Source: Octopus vulgaris
Lineage: Eukaryota
Length of the DNA: 64,000 bases
Assembly: GCA_951406725.2 (NCBI GenBank)
Contig: OX597814.1
Span: 109,864,001-109,928,000, forward strand
Direction of reading: 5' to 3'
In this document: piece by piece, positions 1-12,000 of the stretch
Position numbering within the stretch: position 1 is the first letter of the stretch
How the letters are laid out: every line of letters starts with the position of its first letter
The notes under the pieces: generated by a model
What the model was told of the DNA's origin: nothing
Databases searched by the model: none
What the model saw: only the letters and a program-made list of their open reading frames with translations
Position numbers and translations under genes: made by a program

Positions 1-720
1 ATTGTTCCATTCATGTTTTCTGTCGAGGCTCAGTCTGTCTATTGCTATGTGTATAGCCTCTGTGATCTGTCTAAGTGTCGTATCAATTCTATGCTTTGAT
101 AATACCTTAACCTCTATGCTTTAAATCGAGCCTCTATGTACTGCTTGAGCATGTTGGCAGAGCACTGATGAGCCTCTCTCATCTTTGCGCTCTTGGCAGT
201 GTTCACCTACACCCCCACTATGCTGCTTTCAGTCTCTGTAATGTAAGTAGTTGCCATGTTTCTGCACCCCCCCCCTCAGTACATCATAAGCTATACACTT
301 TATTCCTAAACTTATAGTTAACCTTTAGGTTCATCCTGCATACAATACAATTGTTCTCCATACATGGGGACCTATCAAAGGGATAAGTTCTACAGATCAG
401 GGATTTTATAGGGGCACCAAGCTTTTCTATTACTTTAATATGTAGATTGGCCTTATCTAATGTTTTCCTAAAATGGTAAGCTAGTTCACTGCCAGGGGTA
501 GCATCAACGAACATGACACTCTGGTATTTTTTGTTGTCATACCATGAGTTGGCCTTATCTATACTTTTTTTTTTAATCTTTCATCACACATTTGTGACCT
601 CTTCAGCAGCACTATCTGTCTTTGTGTGTGCTCTTGCTCCACTTGACCATCCCAAAATACAACAATATCTGTTCCAACACACAGTTTCATATCAGGAATC
701 TTGCAACAGAAATTCATAAA
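1..720 (-). mobile_element. Degraded Penelope-like element, RT thumb/linker + GIY-YIG endonuclease fragment
   Basis: ORF 284-514 reads SVMFVDATPGSEL..IKVIEKLG..PF..C..C..C..VY. Hand translation continues YITETESS..EH..SVLCQH..H.G..LRQITEAIHI..LDRKHEW, the PLE GIY-YIG pattern, with stops and frameshifts. Confidence 0.8.
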
Positions 721-770
721 TCATTTAATTCATTTTTAAAATTATTGAATTCAGAATGTAAAGACAGACG

Positions 771-1000
771 AAATACCTATTTCTTTACTACCCACAAGGG
801 GCTAAACTCAGAAAGGACAAACAAGGACAGACAAACGGATTAAGTTGATTATATTGACCCCAGTGCGTAACTGGTACTTATTTCATCGAACATGAAAGGA
901 TGAAACGCAAAGTCGACCTCAGCGGAACTTGAACTCAGAACGTAGCGGCAGACAAAATACCACTTATACCGGTGTGCTAACCTTCTGCCAGTTCGCTGCC
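771..1000 (-). mobile_element. tRNA-derived SINE, family A (GGCGGCGAGCTGGCAGAA head; GCCTTTCATCCTTTC..GATAAA.TAAGTACCAG central domain)
   Basis: Reverse complement matches the copies at 1293-1512, 9402-9610 and 29877-30100, with a B-box-like GAGTTCAA. Confidence 0.8.
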
Positions 1001-1032
1001 TTAGTATGTTCAAATATTGTTTTATATTCGTT

Positions 1033-1575
1033 ACATTGAGTGACTTTTATAAAATATTTTGATGTATATGTCCATCTTATCAAATATTAAGAATTGAAAT
1101 TCAAAAATTAGGGAATGAGAAAAAATTAGAAATTAAGAGCAGTTCATTCTCATAATTTTGTGCATTATTAAGGGCATATCCATAACAATGTCCTTAACAA
1201 TGCACAAAAATACGAGAACATATTGTTCTTAATTTCTAATTTTTTCTCATTCCTTAATTATTAACTTTCAATTCTTAATATTTGATAAGATGAAGGTGGC
1301 AAGCTGGCAGAAACGTTAGCACGCCAGGTGAAATGCTTAGCGGCATTTTGCCTGTCTTTACATTCTCAGTTCAAATTCTGCCAAAGTCGTCTTTGCCTTT
1401 CATCCTTTTGGTGGGCGGTTGATAAATTAAGTACCAGTTGCATACTGAGGTTGATCTAATTGACTGGCCCTATCTCCTCCAAAATTTTGGGCCTTGTGCC
1501 TGGAGTAGAAAATAATATTTGATAAGATGGACATATACATCAGAACTGGGAATATTTTATAAAGCCACTCAATGT
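1033..1575. mobile_element. Palindromic AT-rich fold-back (MITE-like) element, interrupted by a SINE
   Basis: 1033-1175 is the reverse complement of 1188-1292 plus 1530-1575 (acattgagtgac..ttataaaatat / atattttataaagccactcaatgt). Confidence 0.75.
1293..1512 (+). mobile_element. SINE family A with 17-bp target-site duplication
   Basis: TAATATTTGATAAGATG is duplicated at 1276-1292 and 1513-1529. Confidence 0.9.
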
Positions 1576-1577
1576 GT

Positions 1578-1810
1578 GGGCATAGCTGTGTGGTAAGAAG
1601 CTTGCTTTCCAACCACGTGGTTCTGTGTTCAGTCCCACTGCATGGCATCTTGGGCAAGTGTCTTCTATTAAAGCCTCAGGCCAACAAAAGAGACTAGCAG
1701 AATAAGTACTAGACTTATAAAGTCGATTTCTGCGACAAAATAAAAATAAACCTTTAAAGCTGTGCCCCAGTATGGCCACAGTCAAATGACTGAAACAAGT
1801 AAGAGAATAA
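1578..1810 (+). mobile_element. tRNA-derived SINE, family B (GGCTGTGTGGTAAG head; GACTGAAACAAGTAAAAGA tail), internally deleted
   Basis: Matches the head and tail of the fuller copy at 28482-28893. Confidence 0.75.
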
Positions 1811-1952
1811 CGAATATAAAACAATCTTTAAACATACTTTCATGTTGTTTCCACCTTTATTTTTTAACTATATATATATATATACACATGTATGTATGTA
1901 TTGATATAGATATACATATATATACATATGTATACATATATGTGTGTGTGTA

Positions 1953-2767
1953 CAGGCATACCTCAGCTTAAGTCATTCTGATTTAAGTCATTCTTGATTA
2001 TATGCCGCTTCTCAAAAATAATTTATGGAAAAATCAAAATAAAATGAAGTCATTTTACTTGACTTTACATCTGTCTGCCACAAATATTGGAATCATAAAA
2101 GCACTAGAAAACCATTAAAAGCACATAAAATCATCTTACTGTACAATAAATAAGAATAAAAGCATATAAAATCATATTAAAATACGTACAGTAAATGTTA
2201 AGATACACACCATAAAGTAGTGTAGCTTAGTGAACTCATTAAACAACAAGAACAGCCAGAAACCGCTGTTGATGTTGATGATCCACTGCCATCTACATCT
2301 GTGATGTAAACCACTAAATTGTATGTACTTAGTGGTAAATTTAAAATAATTTGGTTTTTATTTACTATTGCAAAATAATAATAATTACTGAATTTGTTTT
2401 TCAAGCTTGAAAAAGGCTTTTATTTTACCATGTCTTATTGCAAACCGCATTCATAAATAAAGTGTCTGCGATGAAAGGTAAACACCGTGAAATTGTATTT
2501 GTAAATTTAGATTACATTTTTTTATTACTGTACTGTATTAAAAAATAAAAATTATTTGTTTGTAAGCTTAAAATAGGTTTTTATTAACCATGTATTATTG
2601 AAAATGCATTCCTAAGTAAAGTACAGAACTGGGAATGGTTGTTATCGGTTTAGCCTAGTGACAAGTAAGTTCAGCCTAGCCTAGAGACAAGTTAATTCGA
2701 CTTAAGTTGTTTTTTTTACTTAAGTCATGTCTCCTGGCACTAATTAACAACGTAGGGTGAGGTATGC

Positions 2768-2770
<3 letters not shown>
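1953..2770. mobile_element. Non-autonomous Tigger/pogo-like (Tc1/mariner superfamily) DNA transposon
   Basis: Perfect 13-bp TIR CAGGCATACCTCA (1953) / TGAGGTATGCCTG (2758-2770), flanked by TA on both sides. The terminus resembles Tigger1. Confidence 0.85.
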
Positions 2771-2810
<40 letters not shown>

Positions 2811-3889
2811 TTAAAAAACATAATATATACAACCAAATTAAACGGAAAACAGACACAGAACGTCACCAGGATTTACAGTAATCCATTGCCATATCGTGGT
2901 TCTCCTATTGCACACTCAATACATCGCAGATTTTTCTGTCTAATATATGCAAATTTATGTTGCAGACTCCTCAGTATATTCAGGTTTCTGCAGCCGATAG
3001 GTATTTAGATTTTTTTAGATTTTAATTATTTCTGTGGGAGGTTTTGGAACATAATACCAGCAATAAGCAAGGGATTACTGGACACAATTTTGCACCTTCA
3101 ATGATAATATTACTCTCCTTGGTGGGGCAATGAGAAATAGCCAATGAACATGGGACCAAAGAGGCAGAAAGGGAACATTCAAACATGAAATAAATATGTA
3201 ATATATAATACATAAATGAATCCATCTTCTCAGTTGCTGTCAGATTTGGAAATTTTAAAATTAAGTGAAAATTTTCAAATTTGGTATATTGATGTGATTT
3301 TTTTGCACAGAATCCAGATTTGGGATTCGTTTATTTCTCCAAAATTTTAGGAAAATATTACAGAGGTTTAAAGTTTGATAATTTTTAGTCCAAGCTGAAA
3401 GCGGGAATCAGAAGTGAGCATTTTCTGTGTGATAGCTGTCACAAAATGACAGAGAAATAACACAAGCACAAAACGATGCTACTTGTCAAAACTTGTGATG
3501 GGTTACAGTGGTGAAAGTGATTCGGTCATGCTTGGTATGGTGTCTTTATTATAATGAAAACAGAGCAGACTACAGCTTTGCTTGTTGCTATGGAAACAGA
3601 CTCCAATGTGAGATTTACAGTCATGTGTATAATGGTAGCAAATTTCCCCAAATTAGCAAACTTTAAAAGCTCTTAACATTTTATTGATTAATTTATGGCA
3701 AAAATAATTTTCTTTTTCATAACTAGCATACAAAACTATATTGATATAACCAAATTTGAAAACAGTTGAAACAAAATTGAAAAAATACGAAATCTGTGAC
3801 AGCAATCATAGTATAAGATATAAAAAGACCCCCTTTGAAAAGCTAATATTCCCATCTTTAATGAAAGAAGCAAAACCAGCACCATAAGC

Positions 3890-3943
<54 letters not shown>

Positions 3944-3947
<4 letters not shown>

Positions 3948-4528
3948 CAGAATATTTGCTGTAGCCCATCTTTTATACCAAGACAAAACAATGTACATGT
4001 TAACTGATTGGAAGTGTTATCATGTACATTGTTTTGTCTTGGTATAAAAGATGGGCTACAGCAAATATTCTGCTCAATACCACAGATTTGCTTGTCAGTT
4101 CTTTGACCATAACCAGTTGAGCATGTCCCTTAGTGGCTGACGATATGTGCATCTCTGATCACGAGCAGAAGTAGTGGGGGAGCATCATGGCCATGTGTTG
4201 AGAAGGATTATTTGGAGTTTAAATAATTCACCTCTGGAAACAGGTGTTTCATTTAACATCCTTAAATAGCCCTTATTCAAGGACCTTTTGAGTGGGATGG
4301 GTTACTCGACCAAAAGAAAATTCTAACTGGGCCCCACCTGCAAGGTCATGTGCTGTTTATCTTCATATGAGATCACCATGCCACGCACATATGGTTGTGA
4401 TGCATGTGCCTAATGTACCCTTATCAGACGGGTAGTCATGATGGGTATACTGGGCTTCGTATATTTTACCCCAGTGTTACTTTGATGGCATGTACTGCTC
4501 TCTCACTCAATAATAATAATAATAATAA
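3944..4528 (+). mobile_element. 3' end of a non-LTR retrotransposon with (AAT)n tail, inserted in an (AAT)n tract, with a 5' fold-back duplication
   Basis: Ends ..CTCTCTCACTC(AAT)n and is flanked on the left by (AAT)n. 3944-3999 is the perfect reverse complement of 4021-4076. Confidence 0.65.
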
Positions 4529-4645
4529 ATTTTGAAGGGAGGAAGAAGTTAATTACATCAACCCCAAGAAGAAAAGGCAAAGTTGACTTTGACAGGATTT
4601 GAACTCAGAACATTTAGTGTAAACTCTTGTGTGCTAAATATACTA

Positions 4646-5960
4646 CCTATGGAAGCAAGGTGTAGAGTCGAAGAGCCTTAGAGTTAATCTAGCAAAAATC
4701 AAAGTCTTAGTAAGTAGGAGAGTAGACAAATCACAAATCCCTTCAGGCAGATGGCCCTGCATGATCTGTAGAAAAGGTATAGGTAGAAACTCCATAAGAT
4801 GTACCCAGTTCAAGCTATGCATGCATAAGAGGTGCTGCAAAATTAGAGGAAGATTAACTAGGAAAATAGTTTTTGTGTGTAGAAGGTGCACAGATATAAT
4901 TAACACCGAAAATGTTCAGCAAATAGACTCCATCAAATGCCAGAGGGGAAAACTAGTAGTTGATAGCTTCCATTACCTAGGTGACCAAGTCAGTAGCAGG
5001 GGTGGATGCTCTGAGAGCGTAGCTGTGAGAATAAGAATAGGCTGGGCAAAGTTCAGAGAGCTCTTACCTCTGTTGCTAACAAAGGGCCTCTCCCATAGAG
5101 TAAAAAAGCAGATTGTATAATGTCTGTGTGTGGACAGCTGTGCTACACAGCAGTGAAACATGGGCTGTGACAGCCGAGGACATGTGTAGGCTTGAAAGAA
5201 ATGAAGCCAGTATGCCTTGCTGGATGTGCAATGTCAGTGTGCATGCACGACAGAGTGTAAGCATCTTGAGAGAAAAGTCAGGCATAAGAGGCATCAGATG
5301 TGGTGTGCAAGAGAGATGGCTGCATTGGTATGGTCATGTGATATGTATGAATGAGGATGACTGTATGAAGAGGTGTCGCACTTTAACAGTGGAGGGAACC
5401 TGTGGAAGAGGTAGACCCAGGAAGACATAGGATGAGATGGTGAAGTAGGACCTTCAAATACTGGGCCTCACGGAGTCAATGACAAGTGACTGACACCTTT
5501 GGCAATATGCCGTGCTTGAGAAGACCCGTCACCCCAGGTTAAATTGTAGTCATGGCCGATGCCACTGTTGAGCATCTGCCATGTAAAAAGCACCCTTTGC
5601 ATAACTGGCAGCCATGTTGGTGGTACATAATAAGTACCATTCAAACATTGGGCCTCACAGAGGCAGTGACAAATAACCGAGAACTCTGGTAATATACTGT
5701 GCTTGAGAAGACCTGACAAGCCAAGTGAGATTTTAGTTGTGACCAATGCTGGTGTAACGTAACTAGCAGCTTTGCTGGTGGCATGTAAAAATCTCCCACT
5801 ACACTCTCGGAGTGGTTGGTGTTAGGAAGGGCATCCAGCTGTAGAAACCATGCCAAATCAGATTGAAACTTGGTGCAGCTCCCCAGCTGACCAGTTTTCA
5901 CTGAAACTGTCAAATCCATGTCAGCATGGAAAATGGATGTTAAATGATGATTATGATAAT
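4646..5960 (+). mobile_element. 5'-truncated RTE-clade LINE (RT C-terminus with Cys-rich insert, 3' UTR, GAT-type tail)
   Basis: ORFs 4761-5120 (FHYLGD..RIRIGWAKFREL) and 5113-5430 (SETW..LHWYGHV..GRGRPRKT). Same family as 12001-15450. Confidence 0.9.
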
Positions 5961-6460
5961 GTCTCATTAGTGAGGCAATTCTGTAGGTGTTTTAGCCCCT
6001 TCCACCATGACACCAAAGCTGTTTGGGGCTACTGACTGATATGCCCAACAAAACCCCTGTATGTTATCTCGTAACCTTTGGTAGAATTGAAAGGGTGGAA
6101 AGAGAATCCTTTTAATGCTAAGAATAGAAAGACTACAATTGTGGGGTGTTTGTAGTTTCAATCAATCAGTTTATATTGATTATCGGTCATAAATTTGGCA
6201 TGGACAAAAGAGAATAAACATAAAGGACAAAGATGCTTCGTTATCAACAATTTAATTAGCTTACATGAGTTTCCCACCAAATTTAATTGGTGTTCAACGT
6301 TCAGGTTTACAAACCAAACCTGTCACAGGACAAGAATAACAATACATATGGATTACTGTGGTAATAATTGGACATTTAGTTGACTGGGTTTGATTTCTAC
6401 AAGCTGCTTACTGAGATGTTCACCTGGATTTATTTAATCCTTGAATATATATGTATAATA

Positions 6461-6914
6461 CAGGGTGCCCATAAATGACCATTACAATTTGAAAAACTCA
6501 GGTGAGTTTATTGGAAAACAGAGGGTAACAAACAATAATAAATCTCTGAGCAAAGTATAAACAGTAGCTGCAACACATTGTGAAGTATATTTGACACTTA
6601 AATATGGCTAACCCCTAAGGGTGGATGCTACTGTAGCTTGAAGATGGGAAGGATGGCTTCCCTTTGCAAATACTGATAGGGCACAGAAAGTGTGTCAATA
6701 GCCAGCTGGAGGAGGTGTCCTCCTGGGGCTACAAGCTACAGTAGCATCCACCCTTAGGGGTTAGCCACATTTAAGTGGCAAATACACTTCACGAAAAGGG
6801 TAACAAAGTTTTATTAGAAACATCAGAACACTTCTATGTGGGCTCCATTAGTTGCATGCAACATATCTAGATGATGTGCTATTTCTGTTGTAAAGATAAT
6901 TTGTGGACACCTTG
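6461..6914. mobile_element. Tc1/mariner-type MITE interrupted by a fold-back element
   Basis: Imperfect TIR CAGGGTGCCCATAAA / TTTGTGGACACCTTG with TA on both sides. Confidence 0.6.
6533..6796. mobile_element. ~260-bp structured fold-back element with 11-bp TSD
   Basis: AGGGTAACAAA at 6522-6532 and 6797-6807. Inverted arms of ~60 bp at 6580-6641 / 6732-6792. Core shared with 19729-19989 and 24934-25085. Confidence 0.75.
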
Positions 6915-7107
6915 TATCATCATCATCATCATCATCATCGTTAAACGTCTGTTTTCCATATTGGTATGGGTTGGGTGATTTGACATGGAGCTGATAAGCT
7001 GGCGAGCTGCACCAGGATCCGATTGTCTGTATTGGTATGGTTCCTATAGCTAGATACCCTTCCTAATAATGCCAACCACTTTACAGAGTAGATGTTTTTT
7101 ATGTATA

Positions 7108-7430
7108 TAGGAGCACTCCGTCAGTTATGATGACGAGGGTCCCAGCTGATACGATCAACAGAACAGATTTCTCATAAAATTAACATGCAAGTGCCTGAGC
7201 ACTCCACAGACACGTGTACCCTTAATGTAGTTCTCAGGGATATTCTGCATGAAACAGAGTGTGACAAGGCCAGCCCTTTGAAATACAGGTACTACTCATT
7301 TTTGCCAGCTGCGTAGACTGGGGCAACAAGAAATAAAGTGTCTTGCTCAAGGACACAACAAGTCACTGGGAATTGAAATCAAAACCTTATGATAGTGAGT
7401 CAAATGCCCGAACCACTAAGCCATGCACTT
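7108..7430 (-). mobile_element. tRNA-derived SINE, family C
   Basis: tRNA-like head at the right end (reverse complement ..GGCTTAGTGGTT..GTTCAATTCCC-like). Homologous to 21800-22098 and 30805-31038. Confidence 0.7.
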
Positions 7431-7473
7431 TCACATGTATGTATGTATGTATGTATGTATGTATGTATGTATG

Positions 7474-7520
<47 letters not shown>

Positions 7521-7521
7521 A

Positions 7522-8535
7522 TCTTTATATATATAAAACTGAGAATGTATGTCTGTCTGTCTATCTGTCTGTCTGTCTGTGTGTTTCCCTAAAACTTGAG
7601 AACTACACAACCAATTTCATTCAAATTTTACACATGCCTTACTTAGGGTCCATGTAGTTTCATGGGCAAAAAAAAGTTCAACTTCTTGCCTAGAGCAAGC
7701 CCATAGCAATATCATATCTTCTCCACTATTTCAGTATTACGTGTTAAAAGTGAAACAAAAATATTTCTCTATTTTATGTCAGATACTTTCACTTTAACAA
7801 TAAAAATAATAATAACTATTGAATTATATGTAGTAAGTAATAATTAAAATCAAACTAAAGTATAATATAATCGTAACATAACAAAAGTAAAAATAGCAAA
7901 TGGTATAAAATTGCATCAATGACTTGAACTTGAATAAGTGGTTTCACATGAATGGGAATAAATTATAAAATTAGCGTGCAGAAATAGTCCAGATGGATAA
8001 TAAAAAATTAAATTAAAGAAAAGACTATTGTCTATAATGTAGAGAAAAAAGATTTGAACACCTGGAGGAAAGTACCATCGAAAAGTGTCTTGGTGCGACT
8101 ATGAAAGGTATCTAACCAGAGGCGGTAAATTCGCCACAATAGAAGCAAGGTTCGAGTCAACGGAGCGTGCAAGGGAGTACTCAACTTGAACTTGCAAAGT
8201 GGAAATATTTTATTTTTACCTTTATATCTGGGATGTAGGACGTGCCGGATAAAAATTAAAAATGCCCCCCCCCCGAAGTTGAGGTAGGCTGGATTGTAGC
8301 CACACTTCTATACAAGAGGGAGGACAAGATACAATTGATCAAAATTGCAAGAGACGGGCTTACAATTCCAGTCTGTTATATACTTTGAGTATTGTTATCA
8401 CTAGTGATATCAAGATATAACTTTGTATTTTGTATTTTATGTGTAGATGTATATATATATAGATGTACATGTAATATATGTACACATATATACATGCACT
8501 AGCACTATGACCCGGCAACGACGGTCATAATGCTA

Positions 8536-8536
<1 letters not shown>
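7522..8536 (+). mobile_element. Non-autonomous Helitron-like element
   Basis: Starts A|TC and ends CTAG|T. Subterminal hairpin ACTAGCACTATGACC..GGTCATAATGCTAGT at 8498-8537. (TGTC)n near the 5' end, no TSD. Confidence 0.65.
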
Positions 8537-8589
<53 letters not shown>

Positions 8590-8612
8590 GCATATGTGTA
8601 TATATATGTGTG

Positions 8613-8644
<32 letters not shown>

Positions 8645-8756
8645 CTATATATATATATATGTATATATATATATACATACATACATATTAATTATTGAGT
8701 TAGAAAAGAGTGAGATCTAATGGCTACAAATTAATTTATTAATTACTTAACGTATT

Positions 8757-8860
8757 CACCTACAATTGTTTCATTTTACAAGCAAAATTAAAATTACAAA
8801 ACATATATAAATATATGATTATGCATTTTAAAATACCTTGGATGGAAACTCATCAGGGTG
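8757..8860 (-). ncRNA. Minimal type I hammerhead ribozyme motif with long stem II insert
   Basis: Minus strand: CACC-CTGATGA-GTTTCCA..TGTAAAAT-GAAAC-AATT-GTA-GGTG. Palindromic stem III (ACAATTGT) and GUA cleavage triplet. Confidence 0.75.
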
Positions 8861-9401
8861 TAGAAGCATTACATGAGGATATGTTTGGAATACTCAGAAT
8901 GTATAGATATATATCATCATCATCATCATCATCATCTTTGGTCTTTGCTCCATTGACTCTAAGGCCTTTTGGTTCTAAACCTTGCTTCCACACCTGAAAT
9001 TTCTTTTCTAGTTCTCATAGTGATTCTGCTATAAGGGCCAGATCATCAGCATAGAGGAGCTCCCAGGGGCAACCTGTCTCGAATTCCTCTGTTATTGCCT
9101 GGAGGACTATGATGAATAAAAGGGGACTGAGGGCTGATCCATGGTGGAGCCCTACTTCTACTTATTTGAAACTGGTACTTATTTGAAAATGAAATAACTG
9201 AAGCAAATATGAAATGGAGTACTTTGCTCAACAACACAATGTTCTGCATAATCCATCTGATTGTAGATAAAGCAATTAAGAGTATGAAACCAGGAAAAGC
9301 TGGCCATCAGGAATCACTGCCGAGATGCTTAAAACATCTGGTGGTGTGGGCTATGGCCTAGTCACCCTTGGCTATATGCCTTAACGTTAGTATAAATCTA
9401 A

Positions 9402-9610
9402 AGGCAGCAAGCTGGCAGAATTGTTAGCACACTGAACGAAATACTTAGCTACATCCATCGGTCTACACTTGTGAGTTCAAATCCTGCCAAGGTCTACTTT
9501 GCCTTTTATCCTTTTGGGGTTGATAAAATAAGTACCAGTTGAGAACTGGAGGTGATGTAATTAATTGTCCCCCTCCTCCAAAATTTTGGTGCCTACATTA
9601 GAAAGGATTA
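9402..9610 (+). mobile_element. SINE family A
   Basis: GGCAGCAAGCTGGCAGAA head, GAGTTCAAATC box and GCCTTTTATCCTTTTGGGGTTGATAAAATAAGTACCAG domain. Confidence 0.75.
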
Positions 9611-11729
9611 TCATAAACCTAAATCATTGTTATTAATCATTCTTCTGGGGCCAATAAAATATGTATCAGAAATATATCATTGACATTTTAATCCAATAGT
9701 TTTGCATCAAGGATTAGTCTCATTGACTGAAGAATAAACCCATGGTGATTCTAATCCTTGAAACATTTTCAATTTGCGAATGATGGTATATATTTTCAGT
9801 AAGCAGTCATTGCATTTGTGAAAGTTACAAACTTCACAACACCCAGCATTTCTCTACTCTTGAGCCATGATGTCCTCATAGTAAGGCATTAAACCTAGGG
9901 GTGATCTCAAAGCAGTGTGGACCCTAATTGTGGAGGGAAGAAGAATATGCCTCATCATGGACGTGGCAGACACACGTGGGAGAAAGATTGAAGCAGAAAG
10001 CAAAGAACAAATCCTCAGCTTGTAGTAAAACAAAATAGTTGCTGCTTGGGGTTGGAGCGGTTACAACTGTGTCTGGTTTGGTGTGAGAGATGCAAGGAGA
10101 TAACTGAGGACAAAAAGCAAAAATATTACAAAATGAATGAATAAATAAAACTGGATATTTTTTGATAAGCACTGTTTGAGAGAATGGTATTGTGGAAAGG
10201 TTCTGAAACTGTTGAGAACACTGCTTGGCAGCTGGTGAAGATGCTACTTTGCACAAAAGGCTGTCTTTTGTCCCATCAGTATACTGATGACAAACCAAAC
10301 ATTTATTCTGTTATCCTTTATCAAAAAGCTGTCATTCAAAAGAAATAAAATGTTATACTAACTTAATCATAAGCAATATGGTAGCTACAGAGATCTGGAA
10401 CTGTAGAAATGTCTGAAAGCAAAAATTATTAAGAATATTAATTTGTTTTTACAAAAATTGTTTTATTCACTGCTCTCTTTTCTTCTTTCACTTTGTCTAA
10501 AAGTTTCACGTTTCATACACTTATAATACTAATACAGTGTGGGGTTATAAATAAATATGTATATGGACAGCACTGCATCTATACATTAAAATAGACATAT
10601 ATATATTTATATGTATATATGTATGTAAATATATATATATATATATATATATGTAAAAGTATATCGTATGTCGTATATATACATATATATTTGTATTTAT
10701 GTGCTTTGTGAGTATATTCCACTGATGAAGGCAGAGTATTTCTTATGCAGAGTCAGAAGTCTGGGATCTGGAATTATCCAGTAATTTTTTTGCTAGTTTA
10801 TTTTGTCTTTTTGTCTTCTCTCCTGGTGCTTTATGAATATTTAATGTGGTTTTAGAGTCAAGTTTTGACTGCTATTTCCAGTGTGGTGGTATCTCTTAGA
10901 TACCCTAAATTATAATTTTAAATAATTATTACCCTTGGAGGTTTTTATTTCCATACTGGCCACCTGATAAGATTGGTATTTAAATATCGATCCAATCAAC
11001 TTTGGTGGAATTTGGACTCAGAACTTAGCAGCAGACGAAATACCACTAAGCATTTCGCCCGGCGTGCTAATGTTTCTGCCAGCTCACCGCCTTAAAAGCA
11101 TTGAATATTAGCTTATGCAAAGTTCAGCTTTGTATACGGGAATCAGGGTAATTATTTTGAGACATTTTTTGAGACTGAAGGAGTGTCTTAGATACCATTA
11201 AATACAGGTTAATAATATCTTGTATTACCAATAAAAAAAAGAAAATGAAGTTTTAGAAACAAACATACCAAAAAATGGTTCTTTGTCTTCAGTTGACTTC
11301 GATAGTTATTTAAGCAAATCATCTTTGAGTTTGTGTGATTCTCAAGAACTTTTAGTTGCGTTGAAGATTTTCTTTTGTGAGGAACAGACGTTGCAAAATG
11401 CTTTATAAATAAAAGCCGAGAAAGTTATTGATCTATTACTGCAGCAGATGTAAACCTAATTACCATCTCTTTTGTAACGAATGGGAAGGGATATAATTAA
11501 ATTTATTATTTCTGGAGAGTATGCCTCTAGGGTTTAGGTGAGTGATAGGTGTGTTTGATGTATAAAAACTGTCGTTCATAATTCAAATAACTTAGCATAC
11601 TGCAACAGTATGAAGTTCAACGAATGATGGTCGGCTTTAAAGAAGGTAATAATATGCAATTAGTTGTTAATACAACTAAAGTTGAAAGGCTACGGTGACA
11701 CTTGGATGCATTTTCTTTTTTGTTGGTTT

Positions 11730-11970
11730 GGTTTGGAAAGGGACTGTGCTTATGGCCTTCACATGTTGGGTCTGGAGTAGGGCACTGTCTCTGTGGCCTT
11801 CATAGGTTTGGTCTTGGTATTGTGTCTATGGCCTTCATAGGGCTTGTTTGGGAGAAGGGGATGTGTCCATGATCTTTGCAGCTTTGGTCTGGAAGAGGGA
11901 GCTGTATAAGAAAATTTGCAGGTTTGGTCTGGGTGGGAAAGGTGCTGTACTCATGGCCTTCATAAGGCTT
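11730..11970. repeat. Degenerate ~40-bp minisatellite, about 6 copies
   Basis: Recurrent GGG..CTGT..ATGGCCTTCA.AGG.TTGGTCTGG unit. Confidence 0.65.
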
Positions 11971-12000
11971 CTGTGAATTGTGTCATATAGGTATGATTAA

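Noticed and set aside
284-286. TGA in the first PLE fragment as possible selenocysteine
   Set aside because: It lies before the conserved Cys (VYSL*C), is explicable by CGA>TGA decay, and the fragment also has a TAA stop.
9924-10298. 124-aa ORF as a host exon
   Set aside because: No recognisable domain or convincing splice context; it cannot be supported without a homology search.
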